Source: Zygnema circumcarinatum SAG 698-1b (lineage: Eukaryota > Plantae > Zygnematophyceae). From it: 64,000 nucleotides of DNA. Numbering within the stretch: the first letter of the stretch is position 1; the number at the start of each line of letters is the position of its first letter. Positions 36,745 to 49,757 of this stretch are shown here, piece after piece. The stretch spans positions 682,001-746,000 of the forward strand of contig CM074808.1 in assembly GCA_037447605.1 (NCBI GenBank). Direction: 5' to 3'. The notes under the pieces were generated by a model. That model was given only the letters and a program-made list of their open reading frames with translations. It was not told the DNA's origin and made no database searches. The translations under genes were made by a program, and so were the position numbers.

Positions 36745-38127
36745 TTACATCCCCCTGCCCCCTTCTGGCACGACTGCGATGCCTCGACTTCGGTCCGCGC
36801 ATCGCTGGAGATGAGGGTGGGCGGACAGAGGCTCGAACGGCCCGTGCCATTCCCTCCGTAAAGTCACCGCCGCCCTGTGCAGGAGGAGGAGAGCCTCCGT
36901 CAGGGCTTCTCGTGGTTCTCTAGAAAGCTGCCGTTTTCCCTTTCAGCATATTCCAGCGGGGGTAATCCAAGGGCAAGTACGAGACCGATTATATTAAAAA
37001 AAGTAAAATGCATCTACAAGGGCGGAAGTACCTGCACTTCAGTGTCTGAGGGGGCGTATGATAGCAAGGCTCAAGGCCCACCTGCTCAAAGCAAGATACC
37101 CTGCTCCGCGAACAATGCAAAAACCGACATAGGGACCTCTAATGAACCAGTGTCTTGGTCAGGTTGACTATTCAGCTGCACTCGCATAGCAAGTTGACTA
37201 GGAGGCAAGAAATGCAGGAAGGTCAGGAATCTATTGCCGCCTAGAATCCTGGCAGCACGTTTGCTTCCGCTGAACATTTCATTTTGAACTTTTGGTAAAT
37301 TGAACGGAGCACGAGAGAACTGCAAAGGTCTGAGAAGCACAGCTGCATCTCCTGCCCTCCTAGAACAGGCGCAAAGTTTCATTCGTCCATATCTCTCCCT
37401 CTCACGCCCAGCCCACCTTTGGCGTATTTCCACACTGCCGCTTTCTCTCCCATGCAAGTAAACCTAACGCAACTCACCTCTTTTCGCTCCGAAAGACCGT
37501 CTCATTGAACTGTTCTATGTTCAGTATGTACGCCGACTGTCCCCCGAGGCCCCATGCGACATACCCAAAGGTGGAATTTGCAGTGATAAGGAGTCTGTCA
37601 CTGTTCCCAACCCACCCTCCAAAGCAACTTCTGAACGGCCATTTCGTCTTCTCCCCCCATAACTCTTCAACGATCGCATCGCCCCAACATGATTCAGAAC
37701 CTCTGCTAATGTCGCAGTCACAGCGGCTTTCCCATGCAGGGGGGAGGTGCCGAAGGTATGGCTTGGGACACCACGTTACCCTATTCCTGCAAGCGGGCAC
37801 CATCGCACCTGAAGCTGAGCAGCCACATCTCTGTGTATGCACGCTGAGCCTGCGCAATGCTTTTGTTTTCTCGGCTGTCGACGGTCTCTGTGCGGACCTC
37901 CACCCGCGGCCCCTCCTGCGGCATCTTCGAGTAGACGCACCGCATTCGAGAAGCGTGCGTGCGGTTAAGGGAGGCTACCAGCACCACTGTCAAGGGGGGG
38001 CTGCGGTGTGTGGGAGTGAAGGAAAAGGTTGGAGTGAGCCGCACTGTGCCTGGGCCGTAGCTTTGCGGGAGAAAGCAGCGAGAGAGAGAGAGTGAGGGAG
38101 AGAGAGAGAGAGAGGGAGAGAGGGAGA

Positions 38128-38220
<93 letters not shown>

Positions 38221-41200
38221 GGGGGTGGGAGAGGGAGAGGAGTATGGCGTTCACCTGGGAGGAGAGTCTGTACTCCATTTGTGGGGATCTGGAAGGACAT
38301 GGGAGATGTTAACGGCACAGTCCAGCACGACGGGCGTGACTCCTGTGTCGTCATCCACTTTCGAGCGGATCTGAAAAACAGGTTATGAGGTTTAACGCAC
38401 GTGGTTAAGTTTTGCAGGGCAACAGGCTCGAGATGCAAGTTGTAAAATGCAGCAAAAGTCGTCTTCGCTTTATGCTGTTGACAGCGCTCACCTGCATTCC
38501 CACGTGGCTGCCATGACCGACATAGTCATCATGATACATGCGGATGATTCGGTCCCATATCTCGTTATTGGGATTCAGAATATGGTGACCTACACGGTGG
38601 AACACCCTCCTGCCATCTTTCAACAGTTGGTTAGAAAGGCAATCAAGGCTATGCAGCCCAAACATCATGACACATGCATGCAGGATAAAAGGGCAGGACA
38701 GCTTCTCCAATTGCACCCCCCCACCACCACTTCTTATGAATACTCAAACTTGACAGAGACGCAGGAACCACAAAATGGCTGACTGAATCAGTAACCTAGC
38801 ACTGTTGAGCCTCGCCTTCACTATTTTTTACTATGAAATGGGATCAATAAACCGTCCATTTTCGTCAACAGGCATTCATTTTGTTCTTAGAACGTTGTTT
38901 GACATGATCAATTGCTCAGATGCCCACCATATGACGAATGCAGCTTTGCCAATCACGTCAGACAAGCCCAAAAGACCTTTACCTGTCAGGAAACAAAAGT
39001 TGGAGCTTTGTTGCCATGGATGGCACAAGCCATAGTCCTGTTGCAAAGTACTGATTGCTGAATACTGTAATCGTCTTCACACGCGCTCTGAGGGCTTCCT
39101 GCACCTCTTCGCAGAAAAAGAGATTTCCCTCGGAGATGTACCGGTGGCTGATCTCCACTTTAGCGACTTTGTCTGCTGGACCTGCTGAGCTATTCAACTC
39201 TATCACTTGCCGCAATCTGCATGGGGAGAAAGGACACATTAAGTCTGGAAAAACTCTTCATCGACTTCTTCAGGCAGCCTATTCTTAGAGTCCCCGTAGA
39301 CGCAAGTTAAACAGAAAATCTACATGCAGGATCGCAATTGGCGCAGACAGCTGATGATGATATACAAACACATGCTTGACTAAAAAAGACCTAGAAAGGC
39401 CCTACCTCAAAGAATTCAAAAGGGAGCACTATATATCTGGAGTTTCAGAACCAATCTGCTTCAAAAAGTTTCAGCCCCTACTTGAGCACGGGCGCGTATG
39501 GGATGGCAGCAGGAGCAGTGTTCCAAGGAGGGGCCCACCATGAAGCTTTTGGGGCTGCCAAATCGCAGAGGATGGTCTGCATGCAGAGCAGAGCAGAGGC
39601 TCATTGGGCCTCATTGAAAGTAGGCATGTGTGGCTAGGTGGGCTGAAACTTTGGACCAGGTCTTGAAATGCAGAGTGAATGAAAAGACACGCTTCTGCAG
39701 CAGTTTACAGGCTGATACGAGGTATGGTTATGACTGATTAAGACAGCATGCCAGTCGTCGTATGAAAGTGATATTTGTGAGGCATAATAAAATGGGAGCA
39801 GATGTCCAGCTAAGTTCCAGTGTGACATTTGCAGCGGACAGGTGAAACCACTGTAATTGTACATAGTGCTGCCTTAAATTCGCACCTCAAGCTGGTCGTT
39901 TGCAACGAGGAGCACTCTATCAGTTAGCAAAGCCCACACGAAGGTGGAGACAAGTGCGAGAATTCTGTTTCCCAGGCCGGCTTGGAGGTCCACCATCGCA
40001 TATGTGCAGTTGCTCAGTCGAGAGACGTTTTTGCCTTTAGGAAGGTGCCGTGGGTCCCCCACAACGTACGGCCAATCAGAGGGGCCTCTCCAGCACTTGC
40101 TATACAATTTTCTGTAGTCTGCGAAGGTAGAGAAGTCAAAATCTATCAGTGTCGGAAAATTGCCGGCAGACAAGGGAGCTCGTTTATTGGTGAGGGCAAT
40201 CGGAGCCTGAAATTCCCGCATCTTATAAAGAGAGGAAAACAGAGGAGATAAAACTCGGACGTTTCTTATGGTCGCCCATTTCACGAATTAGAGAAAAGAA
40301 GAGGCAGGAAATCCATTTGTTGAATAGCAAACGAGCAAGCTCAAATCAGAATATGGAGACTTGCATAACCTCAGAAGCGCAAGAACTTGAAAATTGTGAA
40401 AGTTTCCGAATCCTTGAGCCCGTCAGAAACACAGTGATACGAATTGCACACTTAGGCGAAACAAGAAAGGCAAGCCGTGTTTTGCAATAAACGAACAATG
40501 CAGATGAGGCTCGACTGAGCAAAACAATGAGGTTGACATAACCTGCTTATCGCATAGACTGAATCGCTATGTCAACTGCAAATCTCTTCTGCTGCTTCTC
40601 AAAATAAATGATTTTCTTAGTGCCATATCTTTGAGAACGTTGAAACACCTTCGCCTGTGCAAACTGATTCTGTAGAGATCATTACAAACCTGCCAACTTG
40701 CTTGCAAGAGCAGAGGACAGTTCTATATGGCGCATTGAAGGATTATAGTAACCTTTCTCCCTCCTGCCATTCACAAAACCAAGTGTCAGTCGAGTGCAAT
40801 GAAGTTCGGTCCAGTGCAAGTCCTGTCTGATCGAAAGGGGAATGCTTCAAATGAGTTGCAAAAAGAAATGCCCCACTAAATGCCAAATCATACCAAGGAC
40901 CTCTGAACCTTCCTTGAAGCACTGATCCATACTTCAAGGCGTTGAGCTACGTTTTTAACGATGCCAGAGTTCGTGCTTTGCCGCTCAGGAAACTCTTATG
41001 AGGTTTACAGCAGCTTAAAGTCATAATCACACATAACTATGAGTTCATCGATGACCTCCAAGATATGCCACCCTCCTTCGGAATAAAAAAGAAACAAATT
41101 TGGGTCACTTACAAGAATGAAACAAGCAGGCAATTAAATTTTCCACAAAGCTTTGTTCGTTCGTGACGTTCGGTCTCCAAAACAATTCCTCAGGTACTCA

Positions 41201-41700
41201 AACGATGATGGATATCGTTACTAAGCGCACATTATTTCGTTTGAATTCAAACATTTAGCAAGACATAAACATTCACAATTGTATGTCTCTAATAAGGCTC
41301 TTTCTATTTGTTAATTCCCCTCCAAAGACCGTTACCTCGACCAGCATTGGTCTTTGACCTTCCGCCGGAGCTGAACGTGAGCCCACGCCTTATGCAACAT
41401 CAGGCCCCTTCCCTGAAAGTTGCCCAGAATTCGTTCAGGAACTGCAAAAGCGTCCCCTCGTTTCTCCTGCTCCTTCTCCTGCACATTCCTTGACTTCAAA
41501 CTACGGTTCAAATCATCATCTTTCAGATCCTCCTGCAGGAAACTCCCCACAGAAGAGTATCTCTTGACGAAGCTCTCCTTCAAAGCAGATACTGCAGAGG
41601 CTCTGCTGCCATGGGTCAAAAGGAGAAGAAGGAGAAGGAGCTTCTCGAAAAATGCCATGCCTCGCGGCCGTGCCGCCATGCCATGTCTCGCGGACGCCAT
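36745..41700 (-). CDS. Glycosyltransferase family 37 (xyloglucan galactoside 2-alpha-L-fucosyltransferase, FUT1-like), multi-exon
   Basis: Minus-strand exons give [26 protein letters not shown] (~39900), [23 protein letters not shown] (~39050), [17 protein letters not shown] (~38580), [18 protein letters not shown] (~37900), [21 protein letters not shown] (~37570), [10 protein letters not shown] (~37060) and [15 protein letters not shown] (~36800). These match the GT37 motifs in the expected order. The N-terminal Leu8 hydrophobic segment is at ~41620-41645. Confidence 0.9.
38078..38222. repeat. (GA)n microsatellite in a GT37 intron
   Basis: Direct sequence. Confidence 0.9.
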
Positions 41701-42000
41701 GGATCTCTGTCATCCGGCAGCCACTGCGCCCTCAAGCTTCTCTGGAGGCAGCCATGGCTGCATCAAAAATCTTTTTGAACCGAAATTAGCCCTTCAATCA
41801 AATTGCAGGCGAAAACTTTTTCTCGTCCAGTTTCGTGCTCTCTGATTGGTGTAACGCGAATTTTCTAAGTTTTTTGTCTGCCCTTGAAGTGCCTTGGGAC
41901 CAGTGTTGTAAATTAAAATCTGTTCTGGAAGTTGAAAGTTGAATCTCTCTTTTTTCTAGCAGAGGCACTGTTCCTCTCCGTTTCCCTCCGGAACGCAGCC

Positions 42001-45000
42001 ATGGCTGCGTCCCGCGCCCTCTTCAAGCCCGTCACCCCCGGCAGCCATGGCGCCGATCCCGCTGCTCCCTCCTCTTCCCACTCCCACCACCATGGCCGTG
42101 ACCATCACAGCCACTGCGATCACTCTCCACCCGCAGAGCCTTTCTCCGCTCCAACTCTAAATGCTCCCTTCTCCTCCTCCTCCTCCTTGGAAGGAGGCCA
42201 TGGCAGTCCGTACATTCCCTCTACCACTCCTGTAGCAACTTTAGGAGGAGTCACCACTCCCTCTACGGATAGCAGGAAGCGCCTGCCTCCTCTATGGCGC
42301 GGCTCGGAAGCTCACGCTTCCTCTAGGGAGGATTCTCACAATTCCTTCTCATCCTTCTCCTCCAGAACTGCAGACAGCGTGGCTAGCAGCGCTTCACCCA
42401 TGGACCTCCGATCCTTTTCAGTGAGCTCAGCCATGGCTCCTTCCCCTCAACCAGACCTCTCGCCCTCTCCTCATCCTCAAGAGAGCTGGTCTGCTCCGGC
42501 TGGCTCCACATCGCAACCCCCATATGGAACCCCCTCTCCTTCCGGCTCTGACTGGCAGACTCCTCCTTCTACTTGGAGCGGAGTCCATGGCGTCAAATAT
42601 GCTCCAGAAGAGAGGAGGAGGAGTTGGTCTGGCAGCTATGCCTCTCGCTCGCGAGGCACTCCTGACTCTCACAGCATTTCCCTTTTTGCGGATTTGGATG
42701 GAGCTGTGAGGAGGACCCGGTCATCTTTAGGGTTTGAAGGCACTCCGTCTAAGCTGGGGAGAGGGCCTATGGTGGGCCGCGTGGTTTCTATGCTGAACAC
42801 AGTGAGGTTCCGAGGACGCGACACAGGGCGCCTCGCAGTTCTCATTGCGCTCAACATTGCATATTCAACCACGGAGTTTGTTTTTGGTCTCTTTACAGGA
42901 AAGATAGGTAAGAAAATGTTCCCCTTGAGTTTCGGCTATGTGGATGGAAGGAACAAATTAGACCACTTGCACCTCGATGCTTCCGAAGTGCTGTTTTGTT
43001 CCTCGTGTAGGGGATCTCTAGTGAATACACGGCAAATCATTTTAGTGACAAGAATCGTCGTTCCGTTCTTTGTTAGCTCACCAGTTAGAGTAGTAGAAAC
43101 GGAGGCACAGTTGTTATTTTCACACTATGGAGAATGTCAATTTATATCATTAAAGTGTACGAACCACACTTTGCCAATAGAGCCATGACTTTGGCAGCCA
43201 AAGATATCAAACTACGTCAATATATATCCGACTTTGGTAGGGATCCACTTATGGTGTTCTCTCCCGAGCACTTCTCGCAGCACTCCCATGTTCAGTGCAC
43301 TCGAACAAACGTGCAAATCAAGTACTTGTTTTTATACTAGCAAGCTTACGATGTGACAACAGCAATGAGGCCATTACATTAACGTTAGCATTAGGGCATG
43401 TCAGACTTAAAAAATCGTCAATAGTAATGAAGGAAAAACTTCCTTAATTCTAAACCACGACGAGTCCTCTGGGGACATCGCGATCCGCCTGCAAACGAGT
43501 ACTCCGTATAAAAAATCTTTAGTACTACTGAAGCAAAATCTTCCGTTCGATTTTTTCAAGTCTGACGTGCAATACTGTGGCAGTGTGCCAAGGGAAAGTG
43601 CGGAGCAAGTTTTGTAGCAGCACTTCTTTTAGCAATGCAGTCAACAACCCAGCTAATTATTTTGGCTTACATGAGAAAGACTCGGAGGTTTTTTTGGTAC
43701 TGCTTGAATAGGAATGTTGAACTCCTTTTCGCAGTTATCTGGTTTTGCTGGATTAAGGTCATCTTCCTTTTCTCTATGCTTTGCTAGGGACGGTGACTGT
43801 GCATACCTTTCTATAATTCAATCTCGCTGATTCTATGGTTTTTCTGTTTAAATGTTGCCGTGTTCATTATCCCAGAGCTTGTATCGGACTCGTTCCATCT
43901 CTCGTTTGGATGCTGTGTCCTAATCCTATCGCTGACGGCCATGGTCTGGGGACGACAGAAGCATGATGCGCACTTCACCTATGGGTATGATGTGAGCTAT
44001 TTACAATTTCCCTTCAACACAGACCTTGTGCATGCTCATGATTCAGCAGTTAACTGTCAGAATCTGTTTTTTAGTCAAATAGAATTCGTAGCTTTTGCCA
44101 GCTTGATATTCAGCTTGCCTCATTTTCGAGTTGGAAGTATTGTAATACAGAACTTAAAGGCTGCCCTTCCTTTGATCACAGTAGGTCCTCATCACTTGAA
44201 TGGTTCTTCGATTCTAATTTGTTAAGTGTGGGGTATTGATGCATTGCATCTGTGTTGTATGGCATTGTGACTTGAAGACGTGACTGCTTGTCCTCAACTG
44301 AAATTTAGGCACCTTAAAAATGCTCATCACTTGAGCCCAATTGATCGATGAAGCATTTGGCATAACCATAGGAGTCCCAACTTACTTCTGTGCATTCTGA
44401 AAGCATATAGGGAGGCATTGCTTTGGCTGAAGTATTAGACATTTGTTCAGCAGGAGAGCGATGCTTAAAACCAATAGTTGTATTGGCTGGGCCTTTTGGC
44501 ATTCCTGATACCAAAAATCCATAAAACTCAGGGCCTGCAATATCCTATTCTCGCGGAAACAGGCGTGTGCTTGTCAGAATATTTTTGGTCACTGTGGTCC
44601 AACTTCTAGTGATCACTTTTTCACTTGTCCTCATCCAAGCATCCGACGTTTCTTTTTTAAAGTGGTCGAGAATGTGAGGATGTAGTTCAGGTCACACTGT
44701 ATCTCCTGGCTTTGATCCTTCTACGCATTGTAGCATCCATCCAACCGCAATCTCATATTCATGTTGCACATTTTCTGCAGCCATTTTTTCTCTTCATTTG
44801 GTTGCTCCTTTCCTCATGACATCCCGGAGCTATAAACTTCGAGCACCCTAATATCTTCCTTTGTCTGATGACCTTGTGTCCATGTAAGGAACTTGCGACT
44901 TAAGGGAGCATATTTAATACTAACTCGATAACATAATTTTGTCAGGTACGGGCGCCTGGAAGTTTTGGCAGCATTCACAAATGCTGTGAGTAACATTGTG

Positions 45001-47551
45001 TTTGCAGGNNNNNNNNNNTTTGCTGGCCCCCCCCCCCGCCCCCCCCCCCCCCTCACTTTTCATTTTCCCTGATTCACAGGTTTCTTATTTAGTCTCCTTC
45101 ACCTTTCTTTGCCCCTCCTATCTTTCCAATTTGCCATCTGAGAAGTTATTCTATGAGGCGTAGGTATGCCGCACGACAGTGTGATAGTGCTATCTTTGAA
45201 AGCTTTGTTTGTTCTCCATGCTGTACAGCTATTTTTGCTGTTCCTCTCCTTTTCGCTGTCGGTGGAGGCCCTCCATGCGTTTATTGAAGACGAGTCGGAG
45301 CATAGGTGCGCGTAACCTTCTCCCCAGTGCCCGTGGTAGTCAGGACTGCAGTGCAGATAAAAGGAGGGGTTTTGCCAGACTGCATGTGCATCTGGCTACC
45401 CGAATGTGTACTCAAAACCTTTTGTGATTTCTAGATAAATGACAAGGTTGTTGTCTGAGAATAGAATAGGGAAGAAGGCCTATTGTGAACTATTGGTATT
45501 CGTTTTCTACTCTATGGAACGAGCTTCCGTCTTAACGAAGCAACATGCTTTATTGTCAGTCGCAAAAGTGAAGCTTTTGACCGCCCATTGGTCTGAGCTT
45601 TCTGGTCGGATTGTGCATGCCGATGCTCCCCAGGCATTACCTCGTTCTCTCGGCAGTTGCCAACCTCCTTGTGAACCTGCTTGGAGTGTACTTCTTCCGA
45701 AGCTATGCGCGTGTCCACATGCGTAAGTTCCTATTCTCCGTCCTATCAATGCTGCATGTTTGCAACGCACAATGCCTTCCAAGCTAAGCAGGGAGGGGGG
45801 CCACGTGTCCTCTCATGCTGTCCAGTTGGCAGCCATGTGGCGCAAAGGTTTTCGCTGCCAATAGCCAGAAACTCTCTTAGCATGCAAAGCAGAAACTTGA
45901 AGCTGTGAAGCTTGTGCTCGCTGTCATGATTGGATGGTGCAGAGTACAATCGGCCACAGGACATGAACCATCACGCCATATTCTTGCACCTTCTGTCAGA
46001 CTCTATCCGCAGGTGTCTGCCCTATCTTAACTCTCAGAATGAAGCTATCTTCTTAAGTTCACGTGTGAGAATGTTGCCAGCTGATCTTGCAACATTGTTG
46101 TATGCAAAACCATGCTTCAAGAGCTCAAGGCCATTGGAAGCGATGCAATTAAGGATGCATACTTTTTCCATTACTTGCTGATTGTTCACTTGTGATGCAT
46201 TGGATTAATCACCGAACATGGATCGATTTTCCATAACATCCATAATTTGGATATTATCGATGATGCATTAGTGAGCTGGCACTGGGCTTTTTGCTGAATT
46301 CCGGTTTTTTGCTGTCTGCAGTGCTGGCGTAATTTTGGCCTCGTGGTTTCTAGCGATGGGGTGAGCTGGCATCACCTCCTCCCGTTCTTCTGCGCTTAAC
46401 TGCAAACGTCTGAAAGAGCGGCTTAACCCCTTTAACTGCTGGGAATCTCATGCTGTCTTTGTAGTGGATGTAGAAGTTGGCGGGAGAATCTTTCCTTGCA
46501 CCCATCGTATATCTCAACCTTAATTCAGAAGCGCTAAGTTAGTCCATCATTCTGACTAAGGTTGTGTAAACTCTGTAAACTCTGCGCGTGTGCAGAGTGC
46601 ACAGTGCGGAGGCCATCTGCCTCGGCCTTGTCGCTGCGACTGTGCTCTTTGTCACTCTGCCAATTCTGCGATCCTCGGGAGGGCTACTCCTGCAGATGGC
46701 ACCTGCAGGGATTTCAGAGGACGCTCTGCACAAGTGCATTCGCGAGGTACATACTTAACATGCGTATATACATGCACGCATACATACAGTTTTGGGCAAT
46801 GGTGCTCCAAGTTCTGTCGTTCTGGTTTTGAGGAGAACAGGGCGGTGTTAGGAAAGGCAGCTAAGCCTCCACTCCAGCTCATGAGCACGAACATGGGATT
46901 GAGATCAGGGAAAACAAGGAGTGTGTATGTTTGAATAGAGAATTACAATGAAGCAGGCACAAAAGAACCTAAACCGAAAGCCGCAGGCAGTTTGCAGACA
47001 GAAACCACTGCGATTTGTCATTGGGTTTTCAAGTTTTCAGAACCATGCTAAGGTGTGTGGTTGGAGCGCAGGCGGCTTCATATGAGGGTGTTGTGGAGTG
47101 CTATGAAGTTCGGTTTTGGGCCATGGTCCCGGGAGTCATAGTGGGCACACTCAACATGAGGGTAAGTGGCCTCTACCATAGGGTAGTCGCCATCTGAAAA
47201 CACCGCTCTCGCCACTGCGCGCCTCTCTCGCTCTCTCGATCTCTCTCTCTCTCACTCTCGTTCTCACTCTCTCTTCCTTTCTCTCTCTCTCTCTCTCTCT
47301 CACTCTCTCCTCGCAGTCAGTCAACGAAGCCTGTACAGCCCATGTGTTCCGTTTTGAGTGCAGAATTTCCCCTCCTCTTTTTCATTCGTTTTTGTTTCTT
47401 TCTGGGAATCAACGTGCTTTAACACTCTCCCTTCTCCCGGTCCCTGCAGGTCGCTTCTTCTGCGGACGAGCAGCGAATCCTGCAGCACGTGCACAGTGTG
47501 TTCAATGATATCGGCATCACAGATCTGACCATTCAACTTGAACAACAATAA
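42001..47551 (+). CDS. MTP5: Cation diffusion facilitator, MTP5 (MTPc2 / ZnT6-Zrg17-like) type, with a long His/Ser/Pro-rich N-terminus
   Basis: Spliced exons give LIALNIAYSTTEFVFGLFTGKI|ELVSDSFHLSFGCC..HFTYG|YGRLEVLAAFTNA|LFLLFLSFSLSVEALHAFIEDESEH|HYLVLSAVANLLVNLLGV|YNRPQDMNHHAIFLHLLSDSIRS|AGVILASW..LLQMAP..FWAMVPG..DIGITDLTIQLEQQ*, which tracks Arabidopsis MTP5 exon by exon. Confidence 0.93.
45009..45018. other. Assembly gap (10 N) in an MTP5 intron, next to poly-C
   Basis: A literal N run followed by C homopolymers; the true gap length is unknown. Confidence 0.99.
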
Positions 47552-48517
47552 ACTTTTCCAAAAAAATGATTCCGAAGGCTGATCCACTCCACGCACCACC
47601 ACACGGATTATTGTCTACAAAACGTCGACTCAAATTCATCCGCTAGCCAATCAGAAATCACTTGCAACCTTGACCTTTGCCTCCTTTTGAGAGGCGGCGG
47701 GCTTTTGTATATTTTTTTCCCTTTTATTGCAGTAGTAATTTATCTCTTTGATTATGTCTGCTGCTTGATAGTTGGGATTAGAAGAATAAGGAGAGAACGT
47801 GTTTTGCAAGCCATCCCCCGCGTTTTTGCAAAATTGTTTTGTTAAAGTTTTCCATCAATATGTGAAATGTGCTCGTTTTCTGGCATTTTTTGCAATGCTC
47901 AAGCCTCCAAAATGACGAAAGTTATTTTTTTCCAAGAATTGAAAAAGTAAACTTTCGTACTATCTCCTACTTCAACTGACGTTTCCAGCTCTCTAACTCT
48001 CCACTTCAGGTAAGGCAAGAGTTTTCTTTCTTCATGGGGAAAAAGACATAAAAAAATACGAAGATTGCGTACGAGAAAGCGAACAACGAAAGCAGTGTTG
48101 TGACAGACTTGTAAACAGTTAAAAGGCGAACATGTGTACATGAACGTTTGTACTGCAACGCATGAATTGGACTACACTACTCTCAGCTTCTCACGACATT
48201 CTGCAGCTAAATTGCGGCCCCATGGCAGAATGTACTAAACGAAATCGGACGGGCGCGTACTTTCAACAACAATCTCCCGAGCAAGGGCCATTCGGTACTA
48301 AAGGACCAACGAAAAAACAAATTCTTAGCCTGCTGTGTGCTTACTATACATGTTAATACAGCTACAGTTACAGTTAAAGGAAGGACCAGATGGCCTTTGC
48401 TTCTCTCATCCTCCTCCATACGAGAAAATGATCCTACCCCACTGAACCCAGTTTCTTAGAAACCTCGATTCACGTTTTCGTTTTCTACTTTTCAATCAAA
48501 ATGAGAAGGGTTTCTTT

Positions 48518-49757
48518 TTAGAGAGACGAGGAGAGGCTTCGTCGAGCCCTCATTGGAGCAGAAACCTCTCTCTTAGGAAGCCCTTGCTGCTGGTGCATCT
48601 GCTGCTGTGGCGTCGTCTGCGAAGGCGACACATATCCCGGGCTCCCTCCATTCCGCGAGGAAGCACAATGCGGAAGCTTCGCCTGTGGGGCTGAGCGCTG
48701 TGCGCACTGCGAAGGCGAAGGGCGGCCGCGAGGTCCTCCTCCTCTCGAGCCGTCGGCTGCTCCCGAGTCGATCGCACATCGCCGAGACTCTCTGGACGTG
48801 GGGCCGCGTCTCGCGTGGCCTTGGCCCTGTAGAGGAGGAGAAGGAGGAGGAGGAGGAGGAGGAGGAGGAGGAGGGGGAGGAGGAGGGGGAGGAGGAGGAG
48901 GAGGAGGAGGAGGGAGGGGGAGGAGGGAGGGGGAGGGGGGACGCAATGCAACAACAAAAAGAAAAGAATGTTACCAATGTTCGCAGAGGAAGAAGGGGAT
49001 TGTTTTGATCGGCAGAGTGCGGAGCACTTTGGAAGTGGCCTTTGGACCCTTTTAGGGACAGGTGGCGGCGTACCATGAGGCGATGGTCGGCGCGCATGAG
49101 CGAATCGGGTGGCGCCACGTGGCAGTGCGACTGCAGGCGGTCCTTGTGCGCCTGCGCGACCTCGAGGATGCGCTTGAGCTGCTCCCTCTCGTCCTCCTCC
49201 GCCGACACGTGGCGCCCTCCGCACCTGCACGCCCACACCCTTCGCTCTGAGCAGGCGCACTGTGAAGGGAGGGAGGGGACCCCCCCTCCGCATCGCACTG
49301 AGGACCAGTTGCGATCAAGCAGGGAGACTTTTCCCAATTCCAGTGGATAGCATCCTCCACTATATCTCCCCCACCTTCACCCTCTCGCTCTCTCTCTCTC
49401 TATCTCTCTCTCTCACCTCTTCCACTCCTGCAGCGTGCATCCTGCATCTTGTGGAGGCTCTCCGTCGCTCCTTGTCAAGAATGCAAAGTCGCCCGTCTCG
49501 CTCTCCAAGCGATACGGCTTCTCCTTTCCCAGGAATCCCTCTTCTGCCCTCGTCCCAAATATGAGATCATCCCCCTCCTCCTCCCTCCTCTCCGCCGCGC
49601 CTCCCTCCTCCCCTCCCACGCCGCGCACGAGCCCATGAGCGGGGCTCGTCGACCCGTCCTCCCAGCTGTTGGCGGAGGAGGAAAACGCGGGAGAAGGAGA
49701 GGGAGGCGAGGGAGGCGGAGTGCTCCAAAAGGCAAAGAGACTCCCCCGAGAATCCAT
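48518..49757 (-). CDS. Hypothetical Ser/Pro/Gly-rich protein, 3 predicted exons (~344 aa), family not recognised
   Basis: GCCGCCATGG start at 49757. Exons 49757-49417, 49359-48975 and 48826-48518 join in frame with GT-AG; the introns hold CT and CCT microsatellites. The middle exon has a Cys cluster, RCGGG..QCACSERRVWACRCGGRH. Confidence 0.45.
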
